Assembly: GCF_011045215.1 (NCBI RefSeq)
Contig: NZ_CP049201.1
Origin: Escherichia coli
GTDB lineage: Bacteria; Pseudomonadota; Gammaproteobacteria; Enterobacterales; Enterobacteriaceae
Direction: 5' to 3' (one strand)
DNA: 64,000 bases
In this document: positions 43,319 through 53,618 of the stretch, piece by piece
How positions within the stretch are numbered: position 1 is the first letter of the stretch
How the letters are laid out: each line of letters opens with the position of its first letter
Position numbers and translations under genes: made by a program
The notes under the pieces: generated by a model
Database searches by the model: none
The model's input: only the letters and a program-made list of their open reading frames with translations
Told to the model about the DNA's origin: nothing

Positions 43319-43804
43319 TTATAAATCAGCCTGTTTAATGAAATTCTGTCCGCGCAGCAGACGATCAACCGTGCGTAGCGCTTCGTACAATGTGAAATCC
43401 TGCCCAAACTGATTGTCGCCGTTGCTCAGAGCAAAAATGCGGTTTCCGGTAAATGGGTTGTGCGGGCATCTGTGAACCACGATTCCAGCTTTCTCAATCA
43501 GCCAGGTGTGTTCACCAATTTGTTTTACGGGATGGCCATCAGGTGTGGCGTGTGTTTCGCTCAAGCTGTAGCGAGAGTTGCTACGCGATGCACTGTTAGC
43601 GAAACGGTTAGCATGGTGTTCCGCCCCGTTGCGGAAGCGTTGCTGTGAAGAATTGCACTGTTGCTTCATGTCAAAAACTCCGTACCTATTTACTTCCCCG
43701 GCATAACGCCCATTTTCAAAGTAATTGCGACGAAATCCCGTGTTGTGGGGCTTGCCATTTCGCTGCTGCTTACTCATTTTTCGTGCCTCTACCCGATGAG
43801 CCAA
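43319..43804 (-). CDS. hypothetical early protein
   Basis: 161 aa basic protein; start may be the internal MSKQQ. Confidence 0.55.
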   Translation of the reverse strand: MAHRVEARKMSKQQRNGKPHNTGFRRNYFENGRYAGEVNRYGVFDMKQQCNSSQQRFRNGAEHHANRFANSASRSNSRYSLSETHATPDGHPVKQIGEHTWLIEKAGIVVHRCPHNPFTGNRIFALSNGDNQFGQDFTLYEALRTVDRLLRGQNFIKQADL

Positions 43805-43995
43805 ATAACAAACGCTGTGAGCACCGCACCAATGGTGATCGGAAAAAGACCTCTGGCATAAGCGGCGAGGTAATGAACGTTGAGAACAATAAAGCGTTCT
43901 TTTTGTCCTGTTAGCTTGCTAAGCAGATAAATCGCTATTACACCCACTTCTAGGAATACAAGGTCCAAAATGGCGCTGGTGATATTGTTGGTCAT
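43789..43995 (-). CDS. hypothetical small membrane protein
   Basis: 68 aa, two hydrophobic helices, directly downstream of cox. Confidence 0.45.
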   Translation of the reverse strand: MTNNITSAILDLVFLEVGVIAIYLLSKLTGQKERFIVLNVHYLAAYARGLFPITIGAVLTAFVIWLIG

Positions 43996-44001
43996 TTATG
44001 A

Positions 44002-44289
44002 TTAAAGCCCCAGCCACAACAACCATGCATCGCGGCGTTCTTTCGGCTGATCAAAAAACGCTTTGCGCATACCTGCGTTAAATGCTGGCAGATATACCCA
44101 GTTTTCTGATGCTCGCGTCTTCACTGAACCTGGTTTCACAAAGTCAATCGTTGGTAATTTTGCAGCGTCAATCATGGTTCTGACGGTTGATTCTTTGCGA
44201 CCAATCATCTTGGCAAATAGTTGATATGGCACCGCTTCAAGTGGATATGGTGCTACCTGAATGAACCCCTCAAGCTCTGATTCGCTCAT
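44002..44289 (-). CDS. cox: Cox-like excisionase / switch regulator
   Basis: ..VPYQLFAKMIGRKESTVRTMIDAAKLPTIDFVKPGS..ENWVYLPAFNAGMRKAFFDQPKERRDAWLLWLGL resembles P2 Cox; listed ORF 44002..44325, start taken as MSESELEG. Confidence 0.8.
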   Translation of the reverse strand: MSESELEGFIQVAPYPLEAVPYQLFAKMIGRKESTVRTMIDAAKLPTIDFVKPGSVKTRASENWVYLPAFNAGMRKAFFDQPKERRDAWLLWLGL

Positions 44290-44404
44290 TGTGGTAATCT
44301 CCTTAATTCGTCCAAATGGCCCCAAATGGCTTATATAGGCTTATTTTGGCTATTTGAATGTTTTGTATTACATGTAACCCAATAGCGTGGAGTTTAGATC
44401 ACAT
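44290..44404. promoter_or_regulatory. immunity switch region with divergent promoters and operator repeats
   Basis: Direct repeats CCAAATGGC at 44312 and 44322 between divergent cox and C. Confidence 0.5.
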
Positions 44405-44725
44405 ATGATCCATAAATCAAGCCTTGGAGAAAAACTTCGCCTGATTCGAGAGGCAGAGGGATTGTCACGTAGAGAGATGGAAGAGGTGACAGGGGTATCT
44501 CAAAACAATCTCAAAAATTATGAAATATTGGGAAGAATGATACCTGGAGAAACGCTACTCCTGATTTTGAATCATCCTCGTTTTCGGAAGTATTCGGATT
44601 GGGTGATGTTTAATCAAACTAATGCTGCGACGGGGCAGATTGCTCCGCCTCTCTCTCTTGATGGCTTCTTCGATTCGGAGGGCGATCAGGTTTCAACCGA
44701 AACAAACCAAAAATCACCCCGCTAA
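44405..44725 (+). CDS. C: immunity repressor C (HTH)
   Basis: ..LRLIREAEGLSRREMEEVTGVSQNNLKNYE.. HTH and ..TGQIAP.. resemble P2 C; listed ORF 44387..44725. Confidence 0.78.
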   Translation: MIHKSSLGEKLRLIREAEGLSRREMEEVTGVSQNNLKNYEILGRMIPGETLLLILNHPRFRKYSDWVMFNQTNAATGQIAPPLSLDGFFDSEGDQVSTETNQKSPR

Positions 44726-44821
44726 GGCCAGAAAACTGGTTAGACCTGCTCTTTGTCTGGTCTGATTATTGCTGGAAAGAGGCTGGAGAAATTGTAGAGC
44801 GGTTCATTGGAGGGCTTCGCA

Positions 44822-45826
44822 ATGTCAATTAAGAAGCTCGAAGATGGTCGTTATTTGCTGGACATCAGGCCGAACGGACGCAAGGGAAAGCGCGTGCGTA
44901 AGGTATTTGACAAAAAATCGGTAGCGGTGGCCACTGAACGCTACATCATGGCGAACGCTGAAAAGCGGGAATATATACAGGGCTACCGTGATCGCCGAAC
45001 GCTAAATGATTTGCTTGAGTTGTGGTGGATGTATCACGGTCAACACAGGCGTAAGGCGGAAGAAGACCGAAAACAACTGCGCAACATAATCAATGAGCTT
45101 GGCGCTGATATGCAGGCTGTGGATCTTGATAAGCTGAAAATTATCGCGTGGCGTTCTCAAAAGATAGCTGATGGATTGAAACCGTCATCTGCTAACAGAT
45201 ACATGAATCGGTTATCCGGAATGTTTACCGTACTGAAGAAAATAGGCCTCTGGGATGCAGAACATCCGGTAAGGGGAATTTCTATTCTTTATGTATCTCC
45301 ACGAGAAATGGCTTTCCTGTCCCAGAAGGAAGTGGCGCTATTGCTCGATACACTGGAGGGCGATTACTGGCGTGTTGCGCTTTTGTGTTTAAGCACGGGG
45401 GCGCGCTGGAGTGAAGCTTGTAAGCTTCGTGGTGAACAGATAGTTCATAACCGTGTAACGTTTCTTGAAACCAAAAATGGCCGAAAGAGAACAGTGCCAA
45501 TTTCGCAGGCAGTTTGTGAGGCGATCAAAACCAGAGAAACAGGCGGCTTGTTTGAGGTGAAGTACCGGGAATTCTGCTTGGCGCTGAAAAGAGTTAAGCC
45601 CGATTTGCCAAAAGGCCAGGCTGCACATGTGCTGCGGCATACGTTCGCCAGCCATTTTGTGATGAACGGAGGAAACATTATTGCGCTTCAGAAGATTCTT
45701 GGCCACGCAACCATTCAGCAAACAATGGCATATGCACATTTTGCACCGGATTACCTGCAGGATGCGGTGGCCCTTAATCCGCTGAAAGGTGGCGTGAGTG
45801 TCCACGCAGTGTCCACGGGGGATTAA
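44822..45826 (+). CDS. int: tyrosine integrase (P2 Int family)
   Basis: MSIKKLEDGRYLLDIRPNGRKGKRVRK.. N-terminus and C-terminal ..HVLRHTFASHFVMNGGNIIALQKILGHATIQQTMAYAHFAPDYLQDA.. resemble P2 Int. Confidence 0.93.
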   Translation: MSIKKLEDGRYLLDIRPNGRKGKRVRKVFDKKSVAVATERYIMANAEKREYIQGYRDRRTLNDLLELWWMYHGQHRRKAEEDRKQLRNIINELGADMQAVDLDKLKIIAWRSQKIADGLKPSSANRYMNRLSGMFTVLKKIGLWDAEHPVRGISILYVSPREMAFLSQKEVALLLDTLEGDYWRVALLCLSTGARWSEACKLRGEQIVHNRVTFLETKNGRKRTVPISQAVCEAIKTRETGGLFEVKYREFCLALKRVKPDLPKGQAAHVLRHTFASHFVMNGGNIIALQKILGHATIQQTMAYAHFAPDYLQDAVALNPLKGGVSVHAVSTGD

Positions 45827-45984
45827 TTTTATATAGCCTGAAACGGCTTAAAGGGCGATACTGAATAACAATTTTTCAGTATTGCCCGTCTAAATGGTTA
45901 TGTTGTTATCTGTATGATTATGAATGTTTTTTCAGATTAAACAGCAGTTTGCAAATGGGCGTTTGTTAATAAAGGAGCCTTAGA

Positions 45985-47142
45985 TTGTCAGAGACTGAAA
46001 AAGGGTTAAAAATCCTTGTTGATGAAAATATGCCTTATGCCCGCGACTTATTTAGCCGTTTGGGTGAGGTGATCGCGGTTCCCGGGCGTCCAATCCCCGT
46101 CGCTCAACTGGCAGACGCGGATGCGCTGATGGTGCGTTCGGTCACGAAAGTGAATGAATCTTTGCTGGCAGGAAAACCCATTAAATTTGTTGGCACTGCC
46201 ACTGCGGGGACCGACCATGTCGATGAAGCATGGTTGAAGCAGGCGGGAATTGGTTTTTCCGCTGCACCTGGCTGTAATGCGATTGCGGTGGTGGAATATG
46301 TTTTCTCCTCCCTGCTGATGCTTGCCGAACGCGATGGATTTTCACTGCACGAGCGTACCGTGGGGATCGTAGGCGTTGGTAACGTTGGTCGGCGTTTACA
46401 GGCACGACTGGAAGCGTTAGGGATTAAAACCTTACTTTGCGATCCGCCTCGCGCCGACTGTGGGGATGAGGGTGATTTCCGCTCGCTGGATGAGTTAGTC
46501 CAGCGCGCGGATATTCTGACTTTCCATACGCCACTCTTCAAAGACGGGCCGTACAAAACGCTGCATCTGGCGGATGAAAAACTGATCCGTAGCCTGAAGC
46601 CCGGAGCGATTCTGATTAACGCCTGCCGTGGCGCAGTCGTCGATAATACCGCGCTGCTGACCTGCCTGAATGAAGGCCAGAAGTTAAGCGTAGTGCTGGA
46701 TGTCTGGGAAGGCGAACCGGAACTAAATGTGGAATTGCTGACAAAAGTGGATATCGGCACGCCGCATATTGCAGGCTATACCCTGGAAGGTAAAGCACGC
46801 GGTACTACGCAAGTGTTTGAAGCCTATAGCAAGTTTATTGGGCATGAACAGCACGTTGCGCTGGATACATTACTGCCCGCGCCAGAGTTTGGTCGCATTA
46901 CTCTGCATGGACCGCTCGATCAACCGACGCTGAAAAAGCTGGTGCATTTGGTGTATGATGTGCGCCGCGATGACGCACCGTTGCGTAAAGTCGCCGGGAT
47001 ACCGGGTGAGTTCGATAAACTGCGCAAAAACTATCTTGAGCGCCGTGAATGGTCATCTCTGTATGTAATTTGTGATGACGCCAGTGCGGCATCATTGCTG
47101 TGTAAACTGGGTTTTAACGCCGTTCATCATCCGGCACGTTAA
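45985..47142 (+). CDS. pdxB: erythronate-4-phosphate dehydrogenase (start supplied by prophage-derived sequence)
   Basis: 385 aa; body matches remembered PdxB from [11 protein letters not shown] onward; first 8 codons (TTG start with AGGAG upstream, MSETEKGL) lie in phage-derived DNA left of the att core. Confidence 0.88.
   Translation: MSETEKGLKILVDENMPYARDLFSRLGEVIAVPGRPIPVAQLADADALMVRSVTKVNESLLAGKPIKFVGTATAGTDHVDEAWLKQAGIGFSAAPGCNAIAVVEYVFSSLLMLAERDGFSLHERTVGIVGVGNVGRRLQARLEALGIKTLLCDPPRADCGDEGDFRSLDELVQRADILTFHTPLFKDGPYKTLHLADEKLIRSLKPGAILINACRGAVVDNTALLTCLNEGQKLSVVLDVWEGEPELNVELLTKVDIGTPHIAGYTLEGKARGTTQVFEAYSKFIGHEQHVALDTLLPAPEFGRITLHGPLDQPTLKKLVHLVYDVRRDDAPLRKVAGIPGEFDKLRKNYLERREWSSLYVICDDASAASLLCKLGFNAVHHPAR
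46009..46028. repeat. prophage attR core (20-bp direct repeat)
   Basis: AAAATCCTTGTTGATGAAAA, identical to 9184..9203; lies within the first codons of pdxB. Confidence 0.65.
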
Positions 47143-47207
47143 TCTCTTCTTCATGCTCTCTGCTGTAACATTGGCAGGGAGCTTTGCTATTTCTGGAGTA
47201 AACCACC

Positions 47208-48221
47208 ATGTCTGAAGGCTGGAACATTGCCGTCCTGGGCGCAACTGGCGCTGTGGGCGAAGCCCTGCTTGAAACGCTGGCTGAACGTCAGTTCCCGGTT
47301 GGGGAAATTTATGCACTGGCACGTAACGAAAGCGCAGGCGAACAACTGCGCTTTGGTGGTAAGACAATCACCGTGCAGGATGCTGCTGAATTCGACTGGA
47401 CGCAGGCGCAGCTGGCATTTTTTGTCGCAGGCAAAGAAGCTACCGCTGCCTGGGTTGAAGAAGCGACCAACTCAGGTTGCCTGGTGATCGACAGCAGCGG
47501 ACTGTTTGCTCTCGAACCCGACGTACCGCTGGTGGTGCCGGAAGTAAACCCGTTTGTACTGACCGATTACCGCAACCGGAATGTCATCGCCGTACCGGAC
47601 AGTCTGACCAGTCAGTTGCTGGCGGCACTGAAACCGTTAATCGATCAGGGCGGTTTATCACGTATCAGCGTTACCAGCCTGATTTCAGCCTCCGCCCAGG
47701 GCAAAAAAGCGGTCGATGCGTTAGCGGGACAGAGTGCTAAATTGCTCAACGGCATTCCGATTGACGAAGAAGATTTCTTCGGGCGTCAGCTGGCGTTCAA
47801 CATGCTGCCGTTACTGCCGGATAGCGAAGGTAGCGTGCGTGAAGAACGTCGTATCGTTGACGAAGTACGCAAAATCCTGCAGGACGAAGGACTGATGATT
47901 TCGGCAAGCGTCGTCCAGGCACCGGTATTCTACGGTCATGCCCAGATGGTCAACTTTGAAGCTCTGCGTCCACTGGCAGCAGAAGAAGCGCGTGATGCGT
48001 TTGTTCAAGGGGAAGATATTGTGCTCTCTGAAGAGAACGAATTCCCAACTCAGGTAGGGGATGCTTCGGGTACGCCGCATCTTTCTGTTGGCTGCGTGCG
48101 TAATGACTACGGTATGCCGGAGCAAGTCCAGTTCTGGTCGGTGGCCGATAACGTTCGCTTTGGCGGCGCGCTGATGGCAGTAAAAATCGCCGAGAAACTG
48201 GTGCAGGAGTATCTGTACTAA
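47208..48221 (+). CDS. usg: aspartate-semialdehyde dehydrogenase homologue Usg
   Basis: 337 aa, NAD-binding GATGAVG N-terminus; between pdxB and truA. Confidence 0.88.
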
Positions 48222-49033
48222 TGTCCGACCAGCAACAACCGCCAGTTTATAAAATTGCGCTGGGCATTGAGTACGACGGCAGTAAGTATTACGGCTGGCA
48301 ACGGCAGAACGAAGTTCGCAGTGTGCAGGAGAAGCTGGAAAAGGCGCTCTCCCAGGTGGCGAACGAACCCATCACCGTCTTCTGCGCCGGGCGTACTGAC
48401 GCAGGGGTACACGGTACCGGGCAGGTTGTGCATTTCGAAACTACCGCGCAGCGCAAAGACGCTGCGTGGACGTTGGGCGTAAATGCGAATTTACCTGGTG
48501 ACATCGCCGTGCGTTGGGTTAAAGCTGTACCTGATGATTTTCATGCCCGATTTAGCGCCACGGCTCGCCGTTATCGCTACATCATCTACAATCATCGGCT
48601 GCGCCCGGCGGTACTGAGTAAAGGGGTAACCCATTTTTACGAACCGCTGGACGCTGAACGGATGCATCGGGCTGCGCAATGCTTGCTGGGCGAGAATGAT
48701 TTCACCTCGTTCCGTGCGGTGCAGTGCCAGTCCCGAACCCCGTGGCGCAACGTTATGCATATTAATGTCACGCGTCACGGTCCTTATGTGGTGGTTGATA
48801 TCAAAGCGAATGCCTTTGTACATCATATGGTCAGGAATATTGTCGGCAGCCTGATGGAAGTCGGTGCCCACAACCAGCCGGAGAGCTGGATAGCAGAGTT
48901 GCTGGCGGCAAAGGACAGAACGCTGGCGGCAGCAACGGCAAAAGCGGAAGGGCTGTATCTGGTCGCGGTGGATTACCCTGACCGGTATGATCTTCCAAAA
49001 CCGCCAATGGGCCCGCTATTTCTGGCGGACTAA
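48221..49033 (+). CDS. truA: tRNA pseudouridine(38-40) synthase
   Basis: 270 aa; catalytic ..[12 protein letters not shown].. Confidence 0.93.
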   Translation: MSDQQQPPVYKIALGIEYDGSKYYGWQRQNEVRSVQEKLEKALSQVANEPITVFCAGRTDAGVHGTGQVVHFETTAQRKDAAWTLGVNANLPGDIAVRWVKAVPDDFHARFSATARRYRYIIYNHRLRPAVLSKGVTHFYEPLDAERMHRAAQCLLGENDFTSFRAVQCQSRTPWRNVMHINVTRHGPYVVVDIKANAFVHHMVRNIVGSLMEVGAHNQPESWIAELLAAKDRTLAAATAKAEGLYLVAVDYPDRYDLPKPPMGPLFLAD

Positions 49034-49115
49034 CGAGAATAATGCTCGGAACATTTCAGGCTGTAGCCAACGTAGTTACAGCCTGAAAGATGACGAGTAC
49101 AAGGCATAGGCAAAT

Positions 49116-49775
49116 ATGGACCTGATTTATTTCCTCATCGATTTTATCCTGCACATTGACGTGCATCTGGCAGAGCTGGTCGCGGAGTACGGCGTCTGGG
49201 TTTATGCCATTTTGTTCTTAATTTTGTTCTGTGAAACCGGTCTGGTGGTAACGCCGTTTTTACCGGGTGATTCATTGCTGTTTGTTGCCGGAGCGTTGGC
49301 ATCACTGGAAACCAACGATCTCAACGTCCATATGATGGTGGTGCTGATGCTGATCGCCGCGATTGTGGGTGACGCGGTCAATTACACAATCGGGCGGTTG
49401 TTCGGTGAAAAGTTATTCAGTAATCCCAATTCGAAAATTTTCCGTCGCAGTTATCTCGACAAAACCCATCAGTTTTATGAGAAACATGGCGGCAAAACGA
49501 TTATTCTCGCCCGTTTTGTGCCGATCGTCAGAACGTTCGCCCCGTTTGTTGCGGGAATGGGCCACATGTCGTACCGTCATTTCGCTGCTTATAACGTGAT
49601 CGGCGCACTGTTGTGGGTACTGCTTTTTACCTACGCAGGCTATTTCTTCGGTACAATCCCGATGGTTCAGGATAACCTTAAGCTGCTGATCGTCGGGATT
49701 ATTGTGGTTTCTATTTTGCCGGGCGTCATCGAAATAATCCGTCACAAACGCGCTGCGGCACGCGCCGCAAAATAA
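49116..49775 (+). CDS. dedA: DedA family inner membrane protein
   Basis: 219 aa multi-TM. Confidence 0.88.
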   Translation: MDLIYFLIDFILHIDVHLAELVAEYGVWVYAILFLILFCETGLVVTPFLPGDSLLFVAGALASLETNDLNVHMMVVLMLIAAIVGDAVNYTIGRLFGEKLFSNPNSKIFRRSYLDKTHQFYEKHGGKTIILARFVPIVRTFAPFVAGMGHMSYRHFAAYNVIGALLWVLLFTYAGYFFGTIPMVQDNLKLLIVGIIVVSILPGVIEIIRHKRAAARAAK

Positions 49776-49930
49776 AAAGTAACTCCGCGGTTCGACCACT
49801 TTTTTATCCAAAGTTTCGGGCTGTTATGTTTTAATGTGCAACATTCATGGTCTGTTGGGGGCAAAAATGGCATTATGCGTCCCCAAAGATAAAACTGGCA
49901 TCGAACCAGGTTCAGACAGAAAGGTCCCTA

Positions 49931-50845
49931 ATGAGCTGGATTGAACGAATTAAAAGCAACATTACTCCCACCCGCAAGGCGAGCATTCCTGAAGGGGTGT
50001 GGACTAAGTGTGATAGCTGCGGTCAGGTTTTATACCGCGCTGAGCTGGAACGTAATCTTGAGGTCTGTCCGAAGTGTGACCATCACATGCGTATGACAGC
50101 GCGTAATCGCCTGCATAGCCTGTTAGATGAAGGAAGCCTTGTGGAGCTGGGTAGCGAGCTTGAGCCGAAAGATGTGCTGAAGTTTCGTGACTCCAAGAAG
50201 TATAAAGACCGTCTGGCATCTGCGCAGAAAGAAACCGGCGAAAAAGATGCGCTGGTGGTGATGAAAGGCACTCTGTATGGAATGCCGGTTGTCGCTGCGG
50301 CATTCGAGTTCGCCTTTATGGGCGGTTCAATGGGGTCTGTTGTGGGTGCACGTTTCGTGCGTGCCGTTGAGCAGGCGCTGGAAGATAACTGCCCGCTGAT
50401 CTGCTTCTCCGCCTCTGGTGGCGCACGTATGCAGGAAGCACTGATGTCGCTGATGCAGATGGCGAAAACCTCTGCGGCACTGGCAAAAATGCAGGAGCGC
50501 GGCTTGCCGTACATCTCCGTGCTGACCGACCCGACGATGGGCGGTGTTTCTGCAAGTTTCGCCATGCTGGGCGATCTCAACATCGCTGAACCGAAAGCGT
50601 TAATCGGCTTTGCCGGTCCGCGTGTTATCGAACAGACCGTTCGCGAAAAACTGCCGCCAGGATTCCAGCGCAGTGAATTCCTGATCGAGAAAGGCGCCAT
50701 CGACATGATCGTCCGTCGTCCGGAAATGCGCCTGAAACTGGCGAGCATTCTGGCGAAGTTGATGAATCTGCCAGCGCCGAATCCTGAAGCGCCGCGTGAA
50801 GGCGTAGTGGTACCCCCGGTACCGGATCAGGAACCTGAGGCCTGA
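49931..50845 (+). CDS. accD: acetyl-CoA carboxylase carboxyltransferase beta subunit
   Basis: Listed ORF starts at 49847; true start MSWIERIK at 49931; Cys4 zinc ribbon CDSCGQ..CPKCDHH. Confidence 0.93.
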
Positions 50846-50855
50846 TAACTGATAA

Positions 50856-50882
50856 GGGCAGGGCCACTGGCTCTGCCCTTTT
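50856..50882 (+). terminator. rho-independent terminator after accD
   Basis: gggcagggccactggctctgccc followed by TTTT. Confidence 0.7.
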
Positions 50883-50914
50883 GCTATTCTCACCGTAACG
50901 AATCAGCGGATACC

Positions 50915-52183
50915 ATGATTATCAAACGCACTCCTCAAGCCGCGTCGCCTCTGGCTTCGTGGCTTTCTTATCTGGAAAACCTGCACAGTAAAACTATCGA
51001 TCTCGGCCTTGAGCGCGTGAGCCAGGTCGCGGCGCGTCTTGGCGTCCTGAAACCAGCGCCATTTGTGTTTACCGTTGCGGGTACGAATGGCAAAGGCACC
51101 ACCTGCCGTACGCTGGAGTCGATTCTGATGGCGGCAGGGTACAAAGTGGGCGTCTACAGTTCGCCTCATCTGGTGCGTTATACCGAGCGCGTACGTGTGC
51201 AGGGTCAGGAATTGCCGGAATCGGCCCACACCGCCTCTTTTGCGGAGATTGAATCGGCACGCGGTGATATTTCCCTGACCTATTTCGAGTACGGTACGCT
51301 GTCGGCGTTGTGGCTGTTCAAACAGGCACAACTTGACGTGGTGATTCTGGAAGTAGGGCTGGGCGGTCGTCTGGACGCAACCAATATTGTCGACGCCGAT
51401 GTCGCGGTAGTAACCAGTATTGCGCTGGATCATACCGACTGGCTGGGGCCAGATCGCGAAAGTATTGGTCGCGAGAAAGCAGGCATCTTTCGCAGCGAAA
51501 AACCGGCAATTGTCGGTGAGCCGGAAATGCCTTCTACCATTGCTGATGTGGCGCAGGAAAAAGGTGCACTGTTACAACGTCGGGGCGTTGAGTGGAACTA
51601 TTCCGTCACCGATCATGACTGGGCGTTTAGCGATGCTCACGGCACGCTGGAAAACCTGCCGTTGCCGCTTGTCCCGCAACCGAATGCCGCAACGGCGCTG
51701 GCGGCACTGCGTGCCAGCGGGCTGGAGGTCAGTGAAAATGCCATTCGAGACGGGATTGCCAGCGCAATTTTGCCGGGACGTTTCCAGATTGTGAGCGAGT
51801 CGCCACGCGTTATTTTTGATGTCGCGCATAATCCACATGCGGCGGAATATCTCACCGGGCGTATGAAAGCGCTACCGAAAAACGGGCGCGTGCTGGCGGT
51901 TATCGGTATGCTACATGATAAAGATATTGCCGGAACTCTGGCCTGGTTGAAAAGCGTGGTTGATGACTGGTATTGTGCGCCACTGGAAGGGCCGCGCGGT
52001 GCCACGGCAGAACAACTGCTTGAGCATTTGGGTAACGGCAAATCATTTGATAGCGTTGCGCAGGCATGGGATGCCGCAATGGCGAACGCTAAAGCGGAAG
52101 ACACCGTGCTGGTGTGTGGTTCTTTCCACACGGTCGCACATGTCATGGAAGTGATTGACGCGAGGAGAAGCGGTGGCAAGTAA
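50915..52183 (+). CDS. folC: dihydrofolate synthase / folylpolyglutamate synthase
   Basis: 422 aa; P-loop ..VAGTNGKGTT.. Confidence 0.93.
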   Translation: MIIKRTPQAASPLASWLSYLENLHSKTIDLGLERVSQVAARLGVLKPAPFVFTVAGTNGKGTTCRTLESILMAAGYKVGVYSSPHLVRYTERVRVQGQELPESAHTASFAEIESARGDISLTYFEYGTLSALWLFKQAQLDVVILEVGLGGRLDATNIVDADVAVVTSIALDHTDWLGPDRESIGREKAGIFRSEKPAIVGEPEMPSTIADVAQEKGALLQRRGVEWNYSVTDHDWAFSDAHGTLENLPLPLVPQPNAATALAALRASGLEVSENAIRDGIASAILPGRFQIVSESPRVIFDVAHNPHAAEYLTGRMKALPKNGRVLAVIGMLHDKDIAGTLAWLKSVVDDWYCAPLEGPRGATAEQLLEHLGNGKSFDSVAQAWDAAMANAKAEDTVLVCGSFHTVAHVMEVIDARRSGGK

Positions 52184-52835
52184 GTTTCAGAATCGGTTAG
52201 TGGGCACGATCGTGCTGGTGGCGCTGGGGGTGATTGTACTTCCAGGGCTGCTGGACGGGCAGAAAAAACATTATCAGGATGAGTTCGCGGCTATCCCGCT
52301 GGTGCCGAAAGCGGGCGATCGTGATGAACCTGATATGATGCCAGCCGCCACCCAGGCGTTGCCGACGCAGCCGCCGGAAGGCGCAGCGGAAGAGGTGCGG
52401 GCAGGTGATGCCGCAGCACCGTCGCTCGATCCGACCACTATTGCAGCCAATAACACCGAGTTTGAACCGGAACCTGCACCGGTCGTCCCACCGAAGCCGA
52501 AACCGGTGGAGCCGCCTAAGCCGAAGGTTGAAGCACCACCTGCGCCGAAGCCAGAACCGAAGCCGGTCGTGGAAGAAAAAGCTGCACCGACGGGTAAAGC
52601 CTATGTTGTGCAACTGGGTGCGCTGAAAAATGCCGATAAAGTGAATGAAATTGTCGGTAAGCTGCGCGGTGCCGGTTATCGGGTTTATACGTCGCCATCC
52701 ACGCCAGTGCAGGGTAAAATTACCCGTATTCTGGTTGGGCCGGATGCCTCGAAAGATAAGCTGAAAGGTTCGCTGGGTGAGTTGAAGCAACTTTCTGGCT
52801 TAAGTGGCGTGGTAATGGGCTATACGCCGAATTAA
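52173..52835 (+). CDS. dedD: cell division protein DedD (SPOR domain)
   Basis: GTG start (AGGAG upstream) giving MASKFQNRLVGTIV..; TM then Pro-rich linker and C-terminal SPOR domain; listed ORF begins at 52155. Confidence 0.85.
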   Translation: MASKFQNRLVGTIVLVALGVIVLPGLLDGQKKHYQDEFAAIPLVPKAGDRDEPDMMPAATQALPTQPPEGAAEEVRAGDAAAPSLDPTTIAANNTEFEPEPAPVVPPKPKPVEPPKPKVEAPPAPKPEPKPVVEEKAAPTGKAYVVQLGALKNADKVNEIVGKLRGAGYRVYTSPSTPVQGKITRILVGPDASKDKLKGSLGELKQLSGLSGVVMGYTPN

Positions 52836-52844
52836 TACGGTCTT

Positions 52845-52955
52845 GCCTGATGCGACGCTGGCGCGTCTTATCAGGCCTACGCAGGGTTAGAACCGTAGGT
52901 CGGATAAGGCGTTTACGCCGCATCCGACACGCATTGTCCGATGCCGCAAAGGCAT
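52845..52955. repeat. REP/BIME-type palindromic repeats
   Basis: gcctgatgcgacgctggcgcgtcttatcaggcctac ... gtaggtcggataaggcgtttacgccgcatccgac. Confidence 0.55.
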
Positions 52956-53021
52956 AAAAAGTCGATGGCGTTGAATATTTTTTCAGCGCCATTTTTATTG
53001 ATGCGCGGGAAGGAAATCCCT

Positions 53022-53037
53022 ACGCAAACGTTTTCTT
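53022..53037 (+). promoter_or_regulatory. PurR box upstream of cvpA-purF
   Basis: ACGCAAACGTTTTCTT matches the PurR operator consensus; cvpA-purF is a known PurR target. Confidence 0.65.
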
Positions 53038-53093
53038 TTTCTGTTAGAATGCGCCCCGAACAGGATGACAGGGCGTAAAATCGTGGGACACAT

Positions 53094-53582
53094 ATGGTCT
53101 GGATTGATTACGCCATAATCGCGGTGATTGCTTTTTCCTCTCTGGTTAGCCTGATCCGCGGCTTTGTTCGTGAAGCGTTATCGCTGGTGACATGGGGTTG
53201 TGCTTTCTTTGTTGCCAGTCATTACTACACTTACCTGTCAGTCTGGTTTACGGGCTTTGAAGACGAACTGGTTCGAAATGGGATTGCCATCGCGGTACTG
53301 TTTATCGCTACCCTGATCGTTGGTGCTATCGTGAACTTCGTGATAGGCCAGCTGGTGGAGAAAACGGGGTTGTCAGGCACCGATCGGGTGCTGGGCGTCT
53401 GTTTCGGTGCGTTGCGCGGTGTGTTGATTGTTGCTGCCATTCTCTTCTTTCTCGACTCCTTTACCGGGGTGTCGAAAAGCGAAGACTGGAGCAAATCACA
53501 GCTGATCCCGCAGTTCAGTTTTATCATCAGATGGTTTTTTGATTATCTGCAAAGCTCGTCAAGTTTCTTGCCCAGAGCGTAA
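53094..53582 (+). CDS. cvpA: colicin V production membrane protein
   Basis: 162 aa, four TM segments, directly upstream of purF. Confidence 0.9.
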   Translation: MVWIDYAIIAVIAFSSLVSLIRGFVREALSLVTWGCAFFVASHYYTYLSVWFTGFEDELVRNGIAIAVLFIATLIVGAIVNFVIGQLVEKTGLSGTDRVLGVCFGALRGVLIVAAILFFLDSFTGVSKSEDWSKSQLIPQFSFIIRWFFDYLQSSSSFLPRA

Positions 53583-53618
53583 GTGCTCTGAGATGTGGCT
53601 TAACGAGGAAAAAGACGT

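Larger units (their letters stand above)
9204..46008. mobile_element. P2-like temperate prophage (about 36.8 kb) inserted at the 5' end of pdxB
   Basis: Contiguous P2-type gene set from ogr/D to Q/P and A/cox/C/int; flanked by the 20-bp direct repeats; integrase adjacent to the right-hand att. Confidence 0.9.

Noticed and set aside
9204-46008. Expectation of a tRNA gene at the prophage integration site
   Set aside because: No cloverleaf-like sequence was recognisable at either junction; the att core lies in the pdxB start instead.
46104-46760. 218-aa minus-strand ORF inside pdxB
   Set aside because: Antisense to pdxB; Ser-rich low-complexity translation.
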